A stretch of DNA of 64,000 nt from an uncultured Phycisphaerae bacterium (GTDB lineage: Bacteria; Planctomycetota; Phycisphaerae; UBA1845; PWPN01): positions 88,790 through 152,789 of the forward strand of contig CALLOB010000005.1 in the NCBI GenBank assembly GCA_938005315.1, read 5' to 3'. Made by a program: the position numbers and the translations under genes. Every line of letters begins with the position of its first letter. Within the stretch, counting starts at the first letter, position 1. Below are positions 38,538 through 49,226 of this stretch, one piece after another. The notes beneath the pieces were generated by a model, which was given only the letters and a program-made list of their open reading frames with translations, did not search any database and was not told the DNA's origin.

Positions 38538-38920
38538 ACACCCTGCCTCAGGCCCGACAGTCCGTAGAAGAGGCGGCCCGGGCTCGTTCCATGGCCAGGC
38601 AGGAACGACGGATGCCCCGCGCGCACCTGAAAGCCCGTTCTCCGTGCCGGCCAGGGCTTGCCGGACAGTCCGGCGGACCGTATATTTCACGTGTCCGACG
38701 ATCCGGGCGCGAGTCAACTCCGCGCCGGCTGGCACCGCTCAGGTGACATCTCAGGATCGGCGGCTTCCGCACGAGTCGAATCGGCCTGACGGGTCGCCCG
38801 GCCGCGCATGTCGATCCATGCCCGCCGAAAGCGGCACCCTGAGGCTTGGTCCCCGCACCGGGTTCGCGCCCGCCGAGAGTTGCCCCCGGAGCGGGTTTCC
38901 TGACGTGGAGGGCAGAGACG

Positions 38921-39226
38921 GTGTCCCTGATCACGAAGAATCTGTCGGTCGGCACGAAGGTGAAGGTCATCAACCCCGGCGACGTGCCTGAGAACTCCAC
39001 CTGGGATGACGACGGCGGCCGGACGTCGTCGATGATCAAAAAGCGTCTCCAGAGCCAGTTCTTCGGCGGTAACAGCAAGATTCTCGCCGAGGTGATGTAC
39101 ATCGCCCGCGAGTCCGAACGCGAGAAGCTGCGCCGCAAGGGCCTGATCAAGCTGCGGCTTCGCGACCCGGCCGGCTGCATGATCAACATCACCGCCGATC
39201 CCTCGACCCTGGCCCCGGCCCGCTGA
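38921..39226 (+). CDS. Small hypothetical protein (101 aa)
   Basis: GGAGG RBS and GTG start; strong GC3 codon bias and normal amino-acid composition (MSLITKNLSVGTKVKVINPG...). Confidence 0.8.
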   Translation: MSLITKNLSVGTKVKVINPGDVPENSTWDDDGGRTSSMIKKRLQSQFFGGNSKILAEVMYIARESEREKLRRKGLIKLRLRDPAGCMINITADPSTLAPAR

Positions 39227-39904
39227 TTCTTCCACCCGGCTCCGCCGCTGGGGTGAGCGGACCCAGGCCTCTGACCCTGCCGACGACCTTTGGCCCAGCG
39301 GCCGTCGGGAAGCCGGGCCGACGGTGGTCGGCAGCGTGCCGGGAGCGGTCATCAGAGGGTGAAATTCGACGGGGTGCCCGGCGGAGCACCGGCGACGACC
39401 GCCGCGCGGGAATTGCGGTAAATGAGGATGTGGGGGCGCTGCGCAGGATGACCTCCGGCCGGCCGTCACCGTCGAGGTCCCCCACCACACCGGCCAGTCC
39501 AGGGTCGGGGTTCTCCGGCCGGCACGAAGCGTCCTGAAAGGCTGCCGGCGCCTGCAGGTGGGCAATGCATCGCCCGCAGCCGTCGAAAATGCGCCGCGCC
39601 TGGCAGACCAGCACGTCCTGGGGGCGGTCGGCGACAATGGTCCCGACGAACCCGACGAGCAATGATACAGGTCGAATCGCCGATACCCCTGTGGCGACGG
39701 CTCCCTGACAGCGCACCGGGACGCTCCGCCCAGCCGCAGCGGCGGCAACGTTACCGGGTCGCAAGCATCCATGGCAGCTCTGGCGCAGTGCGCCCTGCCG
39801 ACCGGACCTTCCTGACCGCGGCCGGACAGCCTGACCGACATGGGGAATTTCCTCCCGCCGATGGCCGCGTGGCCGAAGGCCGCCTGCGCTCGGCGGGCGC
39901 TAAT

Positions 39905-39953
39905 CTTAGCAACCTCTTAACGAGAGGCACGACCTGCCCTAATATGGTTAGGG
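39905..39953 (+). promoter_or_regulatory. AT-rich operator/promoter upstream of phoB-phoR (PHO-box-like repeat)
   Basis: TTAGCA (39906) and TTAACG (39917) 11 bp apart; palindromes CCTCT-N5-AGAGG and CCCTAA-N5-TTAGGG. Confidence 0.4.
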
Positions 39954-40163
39954 TAGAAGTCTGCGGGGCGACCCGGGGACCGACGCACGCGGAAGCATCC
40001 GGTCGCTGAGCGGAGCCGTTCGGGCGTTCAGGACGGTTCGGACGCCTCGACCGCGACACAGGGACCGCCCCGCCCACTGCGGCCGACGGAGGCGCCGGCG
40101 GCTGCACGGCCACGGCGGTCGGGTGCCGAAGGCCGCACATCCCGGCAGGCAAGCGGACGAACC

Positions 40164-40856
<693 letters not shown>

Positions 40857-40880
40857 GCCCGGCGGGAGTCCCCCACCACG

Positions 40881-42809
40881 ATGCGCTCGGCGGCGCTGTT
40901 CTGGAAGCTTCTGGCGGGCAACACCCTTCTTCTGGCTCTGGTGCTGTCGGCCGGCGCATGGCTGATCACCTCCGGCCTGGAGTCGATCCAGCTGCTGGAC
41001 CTGTCCGCGTCGCTGCCGCGTCAGGCGGCGGCCCTGGTCCCGGCCGTCGAAGGGCGTTTCGACCAGGCCCACGCCGCCGAGCTCAGACGGATCGCCCAGA
41101 CCGTGGCCGAAACCGCTGGCGGACGGATGCGGATCACGCTGCTGCTGCCCGACGGCCGGGTGCTGGCCGATTCGCGATCCGATATGCTCAGCGACGGCGA
41201 GCGTGCGCCCGGTCCGGAGGTCCGGCAGGCCCTGGAAGCGGGCTGGGGGGAGGACACGCGAAACTCTCCTGCCGGAGAGGGTTCCACGCGTTACGCCGCC
41301 CTGCGTGTCGGGCCGGCCGAGGCGCCGACGGGCGTGATCCGGCTGGCGGTGCCCCTGGAACCCCTCGGCCGGCGGCCGGCGGCGATCCAGCGCATCGTGG
41401 TGACCACATTGCTCCTGACCGCCGCGGGTGCGACCGTCTTCGGAATCGGTCTGGCCCGGCTGTGGAGCAACCCGCTGCGGCGCATCCTGGTCATCGCCCG
41501 GAGCCTGTCCTCCGGTGATCTGACCGCCCGCGCCCGGGAGTCCGGCAACGACGAGATGGCCGTGCTGGCCCGCTCCCTGAACCGCATGCGCGACGAACTG
41601 CTCTGCAAGCTGGAGACCATCGACCACCAGCGACGCACGCTCGAATCGCTGCTCTCGCAGCTGCACGAGGGGGTGATCGTCGCCGGGCCGGATCATCGGA
41701 TCGTGCTGATCAACCCGGCCGCGGTGCGCATGCTGGGCCTGGCCTCGGGGCCGTCCGCGACGCCCGCGGCGGTTGTGGGCCTGGCCGTCGAACGTTGCGT
41801 GCGCCAGCTCGAGCTGCAGAGGATGCTCGAACCCTCCGCCTCCGGCACCGCGGGTTCGGACGGCATCGGACGGGCGACCAGCGAGGCCCGGATCCAGATC
41901 GACGGCGAGGGCGGCGAGATCTTCCTGCTGGCTTACGCCTCGGATATCTCCCTGCCCCCGCGGGAACGGCCCGGACCCGACCGGCAGGCGCCGGCCCCGG
42001 CGCTCGGGCGCCTGCTGGTGCTGCTGGACATCACCGAGCTGAATCGCACCGTGCAGGTCAAGGTGGATTTCGCCTCCAACGCCTCCCATGAGCTGCGGAC
42101 GCCGCTGTCGGCCATCCGCGCGGCGGTGGAGACCCTCAATAACCTCGATCCCGTGGCCAATCCCGAAGCGGCCCGCCACTTCCTGAACATGATCGACCGC
42201 CACAGCAGCCGGATGGAGGACATGGTCTCCGACCTGCTGGACCTGTCCAAGATCGAGACCTCGCCGACCCAGTTCCGGCCCGAGACCCTCAACCTGGTCC
42301 AGCAGCTCAACGCCCTGCACAACCGGTTCATCGACCGGCTCGAGCAGAAGCAGCTTCGCTGGCGGCTCGATCTGCCCGAGCAGCCCGGCGTCTTCACGGT
42401 GAACCCGTACCTGCTGCGGCTGGTGCTGGACAATCTGGTGGACAACGCCGTGAAGTTCACGGAGCCCGGCGGCACGATCACGGTCGGCTGCGTGCGCGAG
42501 CCGGCCGGCGACGACCGGCCTGAAACGCTGACCATCACGGTGAGCGACACCGGCTGCGGAATCGCCGAAAACGAACAGGGCCGGGTGTTCGAGCGCTTCT
42601 ACCAGGTCGAGAAGGCCCGCTCGGGCCCCAACCGCGGCACAGGCCTGGGGTTGTCCATCGTGCGGCACGCGGTGGCGGCCATGAACGGCAGGGTGAAGCT
42701 CGTCAGCCGTCCCGGGGAGGGAACCAGCGTCTCGGTGACCATTCCCCAGCCGTCCGGCGCCCGCCAGGTCCTGACCGCATCCGTCGGCAGTGCCCCGCCG
42801 CGAAACTGA
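40881..42809 (+). CDS. phoR: PhoR-like sensor histidine kinase (TM-Cache-HAMP-PAS-HisKA-HATPase)
   Basis: DFASNASHELRTPL H-box, NLVDNAVKF, DTGCGI, FERFYQVEKARS, GTGLGLSIV. Confidence 0.85.
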   Translation: MRSAALFWKLLAGNTLLLALVLSAGAWLITSGLESIQLLDLSASLPRQAAALVPAVEGRFDQAHAAELRRIAQTVAETAGGRMRITLLLPDGRVLADSRSDMLSDGERAPGPEVRQALEAGWGEDTRNSPAGEGSTRYAALRVGPAEAPTGVIRLAVPLEPLGRRPAAIQRIVVTTLLLTAAGATVFGIGLARLWSNPLRRILVIARSLSSGDLTARARESGNDEMAVLARSLNRMRDELLCKLETIDHQRRTLESLLSQLHEGVIVAGPDHRIVLINPAAVRMLGLASGPSATPAAVVGLAVERCVRQLELQRMLEPSASGTAGSDGIGRATSEARIQIDGEGGEIFLLAYASDISLPPRERPGPDRQAPAPALGRLLVLLDITELNRTVQVKVDFASNASHELRTPLSAIRAAVETLNNLDPVANPEAARHFLNMIDRHSSRMEDMVSDLLDLSKIETSPTQFRPETLNLVQQLNALHNRFIDRLEQKQLRWRLDLPEQPGVFTVNPYLLRLVLDNLVDNAVKFTEPGGTITVGCVREPAGDDRPETLTITVSDTGCGIAENEQGRVFERFYQVEKARSGPNRGTGLGLSIVRHAVAAMNGRVKLVSRPGEGTSVSVTIPQPSGARQVLTASVGSAPPRN

Positions 42810-42839
42810 GGCCCGGCGCCAAGGAAAAGGAATCCTGCC

Positions 42840-43316
42840 TTGATCCTGGATCGCGTGGAGAACGCCGCCGCCTGGCAACGACTCGGGCCCGGCCTGGCCG
42901 CGGCCCTGGACTGGATCGTCGGGACCGATTTCTCCGCTCTGGAACCCGGTCGGTACGAATCGGCTTTTCCCGGCGTCTTCGCGGTGCTCAGACTCGACCG
43001 GACCCGCCCGCTCGAGCAGGCCGAATGGGAGGCCCATCGGCGGTACATCGACGTGCAGCACGTCCTCCGCGGCCAGGAAACCATGGGCTGGGCGAGCCGG
43101 ACCGGCGACTGGCCGGTACACCGGCCTTACGACCCGGCCGCCGACCTGGAGTTTTTCCACGCCCGGGGGGATTTCGTGTGCGTCCGGGCCGGCGGCTTCG
43201 TGATCTTCACCCCGCAGGACATCCACGCCCCGGGACTGGCCGGGAACGGATCGGCCGGGGCGGAGGTACTGAAGGTCGTCGTCAAGGTTCCCCTGACCGA
43301 TCCGCCGTGGGGATGA
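42840..43316 (+). CDS. YhcH/YjgK/YiaL family protein
   Basis: MILD start, EAHRRYIDVQ, FTPQDIHAP, KVVVKV. Confidence 0.92.
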   Translation: MILDRVENAAAWQRLGPGLAAALDWIVGTDFSALEPGRYESAFPGVFAVLRLDRTRPLEQAEWEAHRRYIDVQHVLRGQETMGWASRTGDWPVHRPYDPAADLEFFHARGDFVCVRAGGFVIFTPQDIHAPGLAGNGSAGAEVLKVVVKVPLTDPPWG

Positions 43317-43584
43317 CTGCCCCCGCATGCCTGTTTCCAGCCTCTTTATCGGTCTTGGCCGGCGTTCCGGCGTGCGGCCGACAGCCTGCGGAGATGACGT
43401 CGCGGCGAAAAACAGCCGATAGCGAAATGGGCGCCGGCTGCCGGGGGTCGAGGGTTTCCGGCACGCGTCACCGGGTCCGCGCGGTCCCGGCCCGCCCGTG
43501 GCGCCGCAGATTTGAAGGAGAGACTCCGTGTCGGTTAAAACGCTGTCGCCCGGTCAGACCACCGCATCCAGGGGAGCCGCCGCC

Positions 43585-44673
43585 ATGTCCAGAAAGATCC
43601 GTCGCGTGGGCGTCCTGACCGGCGGGGGCGACTGCCCGGGGCTCAACGCGGTCATCCGCGCGGTCACCAAGAGCGCCCTGAACTGCTACAACCTCGAGAT
43701 CGTGGGCATCGAGGAAGGCTTCCTCGGGCTGGTCCAGAACCGGATGCGGCCGCTCAACAACGCCGCGGTGAGCAACATCCTCACTCAGGGCGGTACGATC
43801 CTGGGTACCAACAACCGCTGCAACCCGCGGGCCTACGTCGCGCCGGGCACAAGCGAAAAGCGCGACGTCATGGACCGTTGCATGGAGCACATCCAGGCCC
43901 AGGGCCTGGACGCGCTGATCGTCATCGGCGGCGACGGCACCATGTCGGTGGCCGCGCACTTCGTCCGACTGGGCGTCAACTGCATCGGCGTGCCCAAGAC
44001 GATCGACAATGACCTGATGGGCACGGACATCACCTTCGGTTTCGCCACCGCGGTGCAGATCGCCACCGAAGCCCTGGACCGCGTGCACACCACCGCCGCC
44101 AGCCACCACCGGGTGATGGTCGTGGAGGTCATGGGCCGCAACGCCGGCTGGATCGCCCTGGCCGCGGGCGTCGCCGGCGGCGCCGACGTCATCCTCATCC
44201 CCGAGATCCCCTACGACCTCGAGAAGGTCTGCGATTTCGTGCTCGAACGCCAGCGGCGGGGCAAGAAGTCCAGCATCGTATGCGTCTCCGAGGGGGCCAC
44301 GCCGGTGGGCGGCAAGCAGGTCGTCTCCCGCGTCGATCCCACCAGCCCCGATCCGATCCGCCTCGGCGGCGTCGGCCCGGTGCTGGCCGCCCAGATCGAA
44401 CAGGGCACCGGCATCGAGACGCGGGCGACCATCCTCGGGCACATCCAGCGCGGCGGCACGCCGGTGGCCGCCGACCGCATCCTGGGCACCCAGTTCGGCA
44501 ACGCCGCCGCCCACCTGCTGATGACCGGGGCCGAGGGCCGGCTCGTGGTCATGCAGAAGGGCGAGATCCGCGATGTGGAACTGATTTCCGCCGAGGGCAA
44601 GCAGCGCCTCGTCACCCCGGACACCCCGCTCATCCGCGCCGCCCGCGACGTGGAGACCTGCTTCGGGGACTGA
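43585..44673 (+). CDS. pfkA: 6-phosphofructokinase, probably ATP-dependent
   Basis: TGGGDCPGLNA, GGTILG, GGDGT, PKTIDND, EVMGR, LGHIQRGG. Confidence 0.95.
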   Translation: MSRKIRRVGVLTGGGDCPGLNAVIRAVTKSALNCYNLEIVGIEEGFLGLVQNRMRPLNNAAVSNILTQGGTILGTNNRCNPRAYVAPGTSEKRDVMDRCMEHIQAQGLDALIVIGGDGTMSVAAHFVRLGVNCIGVPKTIDNDLMGTDITFGFATAVQIATEALDRVHTTAASHHRVMVVEVMGRNAGWIALAAGVAGGADVILIPEIPYDLEKVCDFVLERQRRGKKSSIVCVSEGATPVGGKQVVSRVDPTSPDPIRLGGVGPVLAAQIEQGTGIETRATILGHIQRGGTPVAADRILGTQFGNAAAHLLMTGAEGRLVVMQKGEIRDVELISAEGKQRLVTPDTPLIRAARDVETCFGD

Positions 44674-44866
44674 AGACCCGCCCGAACGACCCCAGCCGGC
44701 GACCGGCCGGCGACCTGACGCTCAGTCCCGCCGCGGAGCGGGGCCTCATCCCGGCCGCGCCCCTCTCCCGACGCCGGCAGTTGCGGACTTCCATCCACCG
44801 GTCCAGAATGCGCACCGGGATCGGGCCGACCCGGCCGTTGGGCCGCGCTTTCGAGGGCCAGGGGAC

Positions 44867-47800
44867 ATGACAGCGTACAGCGTGCGTGTTGCGACATCGA
44901 TTCTGGGATTCGCCTGGGCACTGGCGAACGCCGGGGCGGCCGAAGGCCGGCCCTGGGACGTGCTGGTCGTCGGCCGGTCGGCCGAATGCGAACGGCTGGC
45001 GGTCCGCGACCTGCAGTGCCTGTTGGCCGAGGTGTCGGGGAGTCAGCCGCGCGTGGTGGAGGTCCCGGCCTGGAAGGCCCGCCCGGGCCCGGCGGTGATC
45101 CTGGGCACGCCCGAGGCCAACCCGCTGCTGGCCGACCGGGCCGGGGACTGCGCCGAGCTCGGCGAGGAAGGCTACATCCTGAACAGCACGACCGTCGAGG
45201 GAGCCGAGGTGGTCACGGTCTGCGCCCGAACCTCTCTGGGCGTGGTCCACGGCCTCTACGGCCTGCTGAGGGAACTGGGCTTCGGGTTCTACTTCGGTAG
45301 CCGGGCGGCGCCCGGGTCGCTGCCGGACCGCCCGCCGTTCACGACGCTGCGGCGGACGCCGGCCCTGACCACCCGCGGCGTTCTGGGCTGGTACAACTTC
45401 TTCAACAGCCCGACGGTCTGGGACCCTGAGGACCATCGCGCGGCCGTCGATCAGCTCATCCGCATGGGTGCCAATATCATTTCATTTCACACCTACGACC
45501 ACGAACCCTTCGCCGCCTATGAAGAGGGCGGCCGGATGGTCTGGGGGGAACGGCTGCTGAACACGGCGGCCCCGACCTGGGGCACCGAGCCGATGTCCAC
45601 GCGGGCCTTCGCCGGCGGCACGGACCTGCTGTTCGCCGACGACCACTTCGGAGCCCGCAGCACGCTGGCCGGAACCGACGCGGACGCCGCCGTGCGGCTC
45701 GAGCAGCAGATCATGCGCGACGCCCTGGATTACGCCCGCCGTCGCGGACTGCGCACCTGCCTGGGCTTCGAGGTCAACGGCGATCCGACCCGGCCGCAGG
45801 ACCGCGATATCTTCCTGCGGCGGCTCAACCGGCTGCTGGACGCCTACCCGGCTCTGGATTACATCGCCCTCTGGCAGCCCGAGACCCAGGGGGCCCAGGG
45901 CTTCGCCGGGCAATATCACCAGCACGGCCTGCGCGACCGCCTGGCCCCGGACAGCGCGCTGAAGCTGTACGGCGCGGCGCGGCGGGAAGCGTTCCGGCGG
46001 ATCGTCGATCGCTCCGCCGGCGAAAGGCCTTTCTTCCAGGACACCGAGGAGGGCCGGATCGCCCGGGCCACGGAGGGCGCCCGTCTTGAACAGTTCGCCT
46101 GGCTGGCCTTGCGGGCCGTGTCCCGGCGCGAGAATCCGCCGCGGCTGGTCATCAGCGGCTGGGGCGGCGACGAACGCCTGCTCTCCGCCGAATACTACGA
46201 GGGGCTGGACCGGCTGCTCCCGGACAGCGTGGTCTTCGCCTCGCTGGACCACATCATCCCCCGGCCGCGCGTGGACCGGATCTACGGCGACCTTCCGCCG
46301 ACGCGGACGCGCTGGCCGATCCCCTGGCTGGAACTGGACGGCGACCAGTGGCACCCGCAGCCGTTCGTCGCCATCTACGAGCCGATGATGCGCGATATCC
46401 TGGCCGGAGGCAGCCAGGGCGTTCTGGGCATTCACTGGCGCACGCGGGACATCGAAGAGAACCTCGCCTATGCCATCGCGGCGGCGTGGGATCCGCAGCT
46501 GACCGTCCGGCGGTTCTTCGACGATCTGGCGGCCCGCTGCTATCCGCCGGCCATCGCCCCACGCATGGCCGACATCCACCGTGAACTGGATGCCCTGGGC
46601 TACCGCTGGATCGGCGGATCCGGACAGGCCGAGTGCGCCCCTTTCGCCTGGGGACCCGGGGAGCCGGCGAAGGTCGCGGCCCTCAGGGAGCTGCGCGACC
46701 GGGTCGCGGCCCTGCAGGGTCAGGCCGGTCGTTCGCTGGATCGTCTGCGCTGGCTGCTGGGGGTCATGGACTGGGTGCTGACGTTCCAGGAGGCCCAGAC
46801 CGCCGCTCTGACCGCCGAGAAGCTCCTGGCCCACGATCTTCAGGACCCCCAGCAGGCCGCTCAGGCGGCCCGCAAGGCACTGGAACTGCTGGATTCAGGC
46901 ATCCTGGAGCGCGCATTGCAGGCCTATGCGACGCGGATCTCGACCCGCGGCGAATACGGCGTTCTGGCGACGATCAATACCAAGGCGGTGGCCGCCTGGC
47001 GCCGGCTGCGCGAGCGGGCCGCCGCGGCGGTGGGATCCGACGCTCCGTCGGCGCCGGCGATGGAGTGGAGGCCCACGCCGGGCGTGATCATGCCGCGGCT
47101 GCTGACCTCCACCCCACAAGGCACGCCCGTGGAGCTGCTGCCGATCATCCTGGGCGGCGGGCCGGCGAGGTTGTGCTACCGGCCGCTGGGAACTGTGGAA
47201 TGGAGGGAAACGCCGCTGGAGACGGTGCGCGGCTGGGTGCGGCGCGGCAGGATCCCCGCCGAGCACGTGGTGGAGCCGGGCATCGAATACGCCTTCGTCC
47301 TGGGGTCCGGATCGCCCAACGAACCGGCGTGGGGACCGGAGGCCCTGACGGTGATGCCCCCGACGGCCGCGGACACCGCGCCCCGTCCGCGGCGACCGCC
47401 GCCATCGAAGGCCGCGATCCAGGTCCATGTTGCTGCGGGCCGGGAGTTCCCGGCCGAGGTCTCCTGGAACGACGTGGAGGAAGCGGACTTCTTCCGAGTC
47501 CTGCGGGACGGCAAACCCGTCACCGACACCGCGGTGCCATTCTGCCCGGACGCTCCCACAGGCCCCAAGGCCACCTACGTGGTCGAGGCCTGGCGCGACG
47601 GCCGGGTGCTGGGGCGGTCCGGCCCCGTGGTGTTCGACGTGCCGGAGGTCGTCATCGAGGAATCGCCGAATCCCGCGATCCAAACCCGCGACACCGAGGT
47701 GGTGCTGGAGTGGCCGGCCGGTACGACCCCCGGCGTATTCACCTACCGGGTGTACCGCTATCCGGTCTCGGCCCCGCGTTCCGAGCGCCGACTGCTGGCC

Positions 47801-48490
47801 GAGGTGGCGGCCTCGCGCCACGCCGGACACCTCTTCCAGGACGCCCCCGGCAGCGGGCGATGGCGCTACGAGATCGTACCGACGACGGTGAACGGACGGG
47901 AGGGCCCGGCCGCCGCCGTCGAGGCCGAAATCGCGCCGCGACCTCCCCGGCCGCCGGTGCTGAGCCTGCCGCTGACCACCCGGCCCGCCGAGGGTGAGGT
48001 CGTCGGGGCGGTGACTTTCGACGAGAACGGTGCAACGTTCCGCGGCGGCCACATCCTTCTGCCCCACCAGCCGTGGATGGACCTGGGACGGGGTCTGACG
48101 GTGGATTTCGAGTTCCGGGCCGACGAATTGGGCACCATGCCGGTGCTGATCTGCCACGGTGCCTGGCAGGCCGACGGCTGGTTCGTGCAGATCCTGAACG
48201 GATCGCTGGTCGTGCGCACGCCGGACGGCGACGTGACCGGGCCGCCGGTGGTGACGAACAGGTGGTATGCCGTGCGGTTCGTGTTCGACGGCCGACGGCT
48301 GCATCTGGCGGTGGACGGGAAGTGGGTCGACCGGCCTCCCGCGGTGGTGCGGGCCGTGCCGGCCGGACGATCGCTGATCCTCGGCCAGTATGAGCAGCAG
48401 GCCATGGCGCACGCGTTCCGGGGCAGCCTGCGCAACCTGGTCATCACCGACGAGGCCCACATGTCCCCGATCGCGACCCGGCCGCAGTAG
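44867..48490 (+). CDS. Large secreted glycoside hydrolase-like protein (GH20/GH67-type N-domain, TIM barrel, FN3-like, LamG)
   Basis: Signal peptide; LGEEGYIL...HGLYGLL N-domain; FN3-like VVLEW..YRVYR; LamG-like C-terminus (WYAV..VFDG, LAVDG, LILG, FRG). Confidence 0.75.
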   Translation: MTAYSVRVATSILGFAWALANAGAAEGRPWDVLVVGRSAECERLAVRDLQCLLAEVSGSQPRVVEVPAWKARPGPAVILGTPEANPLLADRAGDCAELGEEGYILNSTTVEGAEVVTVCARTSLGVVHGLYGLLRELGFGFYFGSRAAPGSLPDRPPFTTLRRTPALTTRGVLGWYNFFNSPTVWDPEDHRAAVDQLIRMGANIISFHTYDHEPFAAYEEGGRMVWGERLLNTAAPTWGTEPMSTRAFAGGTDLLFADDHFGARSTLAGTDADAAVRLEQQIMRDALDYARRRGLRTCLGFEVNGDPTRPQDRDIFLRRLNRLLDAYPALDYIALWQPETQGAQGFAGQYHQHGLRDRLAPDSALKLYGAARREAFRRIVDRSAGERPFFQDTEEGRIARATEGARLEQFAWLALRAVSRRENPPRLVISGWGGDERLLSAEYYEGLDRLLPDSVVFASLDHIIPRPRVDRIYGDLPPTRTRWPIPWLELDGDQWHPQPFVAIYEPMMRDILAGGSQGVLGIHWRTRDIEENLAYAIAAAWDPQLTVRRFFDDLAARCYPPAIAPRMADIHRELDALGYRWIGGSGQAECAPFAWGPGEPAKVAALRELRDRVAALQGQAGRSLDRLRWLLGVMDWVLTFQEAQTAALTAEKLLAHDLQDPQQAAQAARKALELLDSGILERALQAYATRISTRGEYGVLATINTKAVAAWRRLRERAAAAVGSDAPSAPAMEWRPTPGVIMPRLLTSTPQGTPVELLPIILGGGPARLCYRPLGTVEWRETPLETVRGWVRRGRIPAEHVVEPGIEYAFVLGSGSPNEPAWGPEALTVMPPTAADTAPRPRRPPPSKAAIQVHVAAGREFPAEVSWNDVEEADFFRVLRDGKPVTDTAVPFCPDAPTGPKATYVVEAWRDGRVLGRSGPVVFDVPEVVIEESPNPAIQTRDTEVVLEWPAGTTPGVFTYRVYRYPVSAPRSERRLLAEVAASRHAGHLFQDAPGSGRWRYEIVPTTVNGREGPAAAVEAEIAPRPPRPPVLSLPLTTRPAEGEVVGAVTFDENGATFRGGHILLPHQPWMDLGRGLTVDFEFRADELGTMPVLICHGAWQADGWFVQILNGSLVVRTPDGDVTGPPVVTNRWYAVRFVFDGRRLHLAVDGKWVDRPPAVVRAVPAGRSLILGQYEQQAMAHAFRGSLRNLVITDEAHMSPIATRPQ

Positions 48491-48618
48491 GCCACGGCGG
48501 GCGGGCCTGAGGCCTTGCCGCCGGCGGCGCGGCTGAAGCCATGACCAGCCGCATCCCGGACGGACTGCACGACCGGCCCGCCGTTTTCGCATGCCGTGGG
48601 GCCGGCGTCGGGCCGATG

Positions 48619-49137
48619 TCACTTCAAAGGCGCCCGTCCGAAGGCGGCGCGCATGCGGTTGGCGTGTTCCCAGAGCTTGTCATCGGCCTTGAGGAAACGG
48701 ATCAGGTGGCCGGTCGAGATCCGCAGGGCCCCTGCGGCATCCGAGACCGCCGCGCGAGCCTCCAGCAGCCGGTCCAGCACATACTGCACGATCAGCCAGT
48801 AGTGCGGGTGACGGGAACTGACCCGCAGCGAGGGGTCGCGGTCCAGAGCCTCGCGGTAGAACTCCGGCTCCGGCGCGTCGGCCGCGACAAGGTTGCGTTG
48901 CGTCAGGGCGATGGCCCGACGCAGGCGACGCAGGGCCCGGGCCCGGTTCTCGTGCTGGGATCTGCTCTCCTCGGCGATGACGATCAGACCCGTGGATTTG
49001 TGCCGCAGACGCACGGCCGAGGAGGTCTTGTTGCGCTTCTGGCCGCCCGGCCCGCTGGCCCGGTAGGTGTCGATGTCGCAGGCCGCCAGAAGGGCGGCAT
49101 CGTCGGACTCCAGCCAGGCGCGGCCCGACCCGCTCAT
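48619..49137 (-). CDS. Peptide chain release factor-like protein (RF-1/GGQ domain, ArfB-related)
   Basis: RASGPGGQKRNKTSSAVRLRH, EESRSQHENR; GGGAG RBS before ATG 49137 (alternative start 49176). Confidence 0.9.
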   Translation of the reverse strand: MSGSGRAWLESDDAALLAACDIDTYRASGPGGQKRNKTSSAVRLRHKSTGLIVIAEESRSQHENRARALRRLRRAIALTQRNLVAADAPEPEFYREALDRDPSLRVSSRHPHYWLIVQYVLDRLLEARAAVSDAAGALRISTGHLIRFLKADDKLWEHANRMRAAFGRAPLK

Positions 49138-49226
49138 CAGCGTCTCCCGTGGGTAAACCGGTTCAGACTCGCCCATATCCGGCCGCCTGGCTTCAGACCC
49201 GCCCATCCACCGGAGTATACCCTCCC

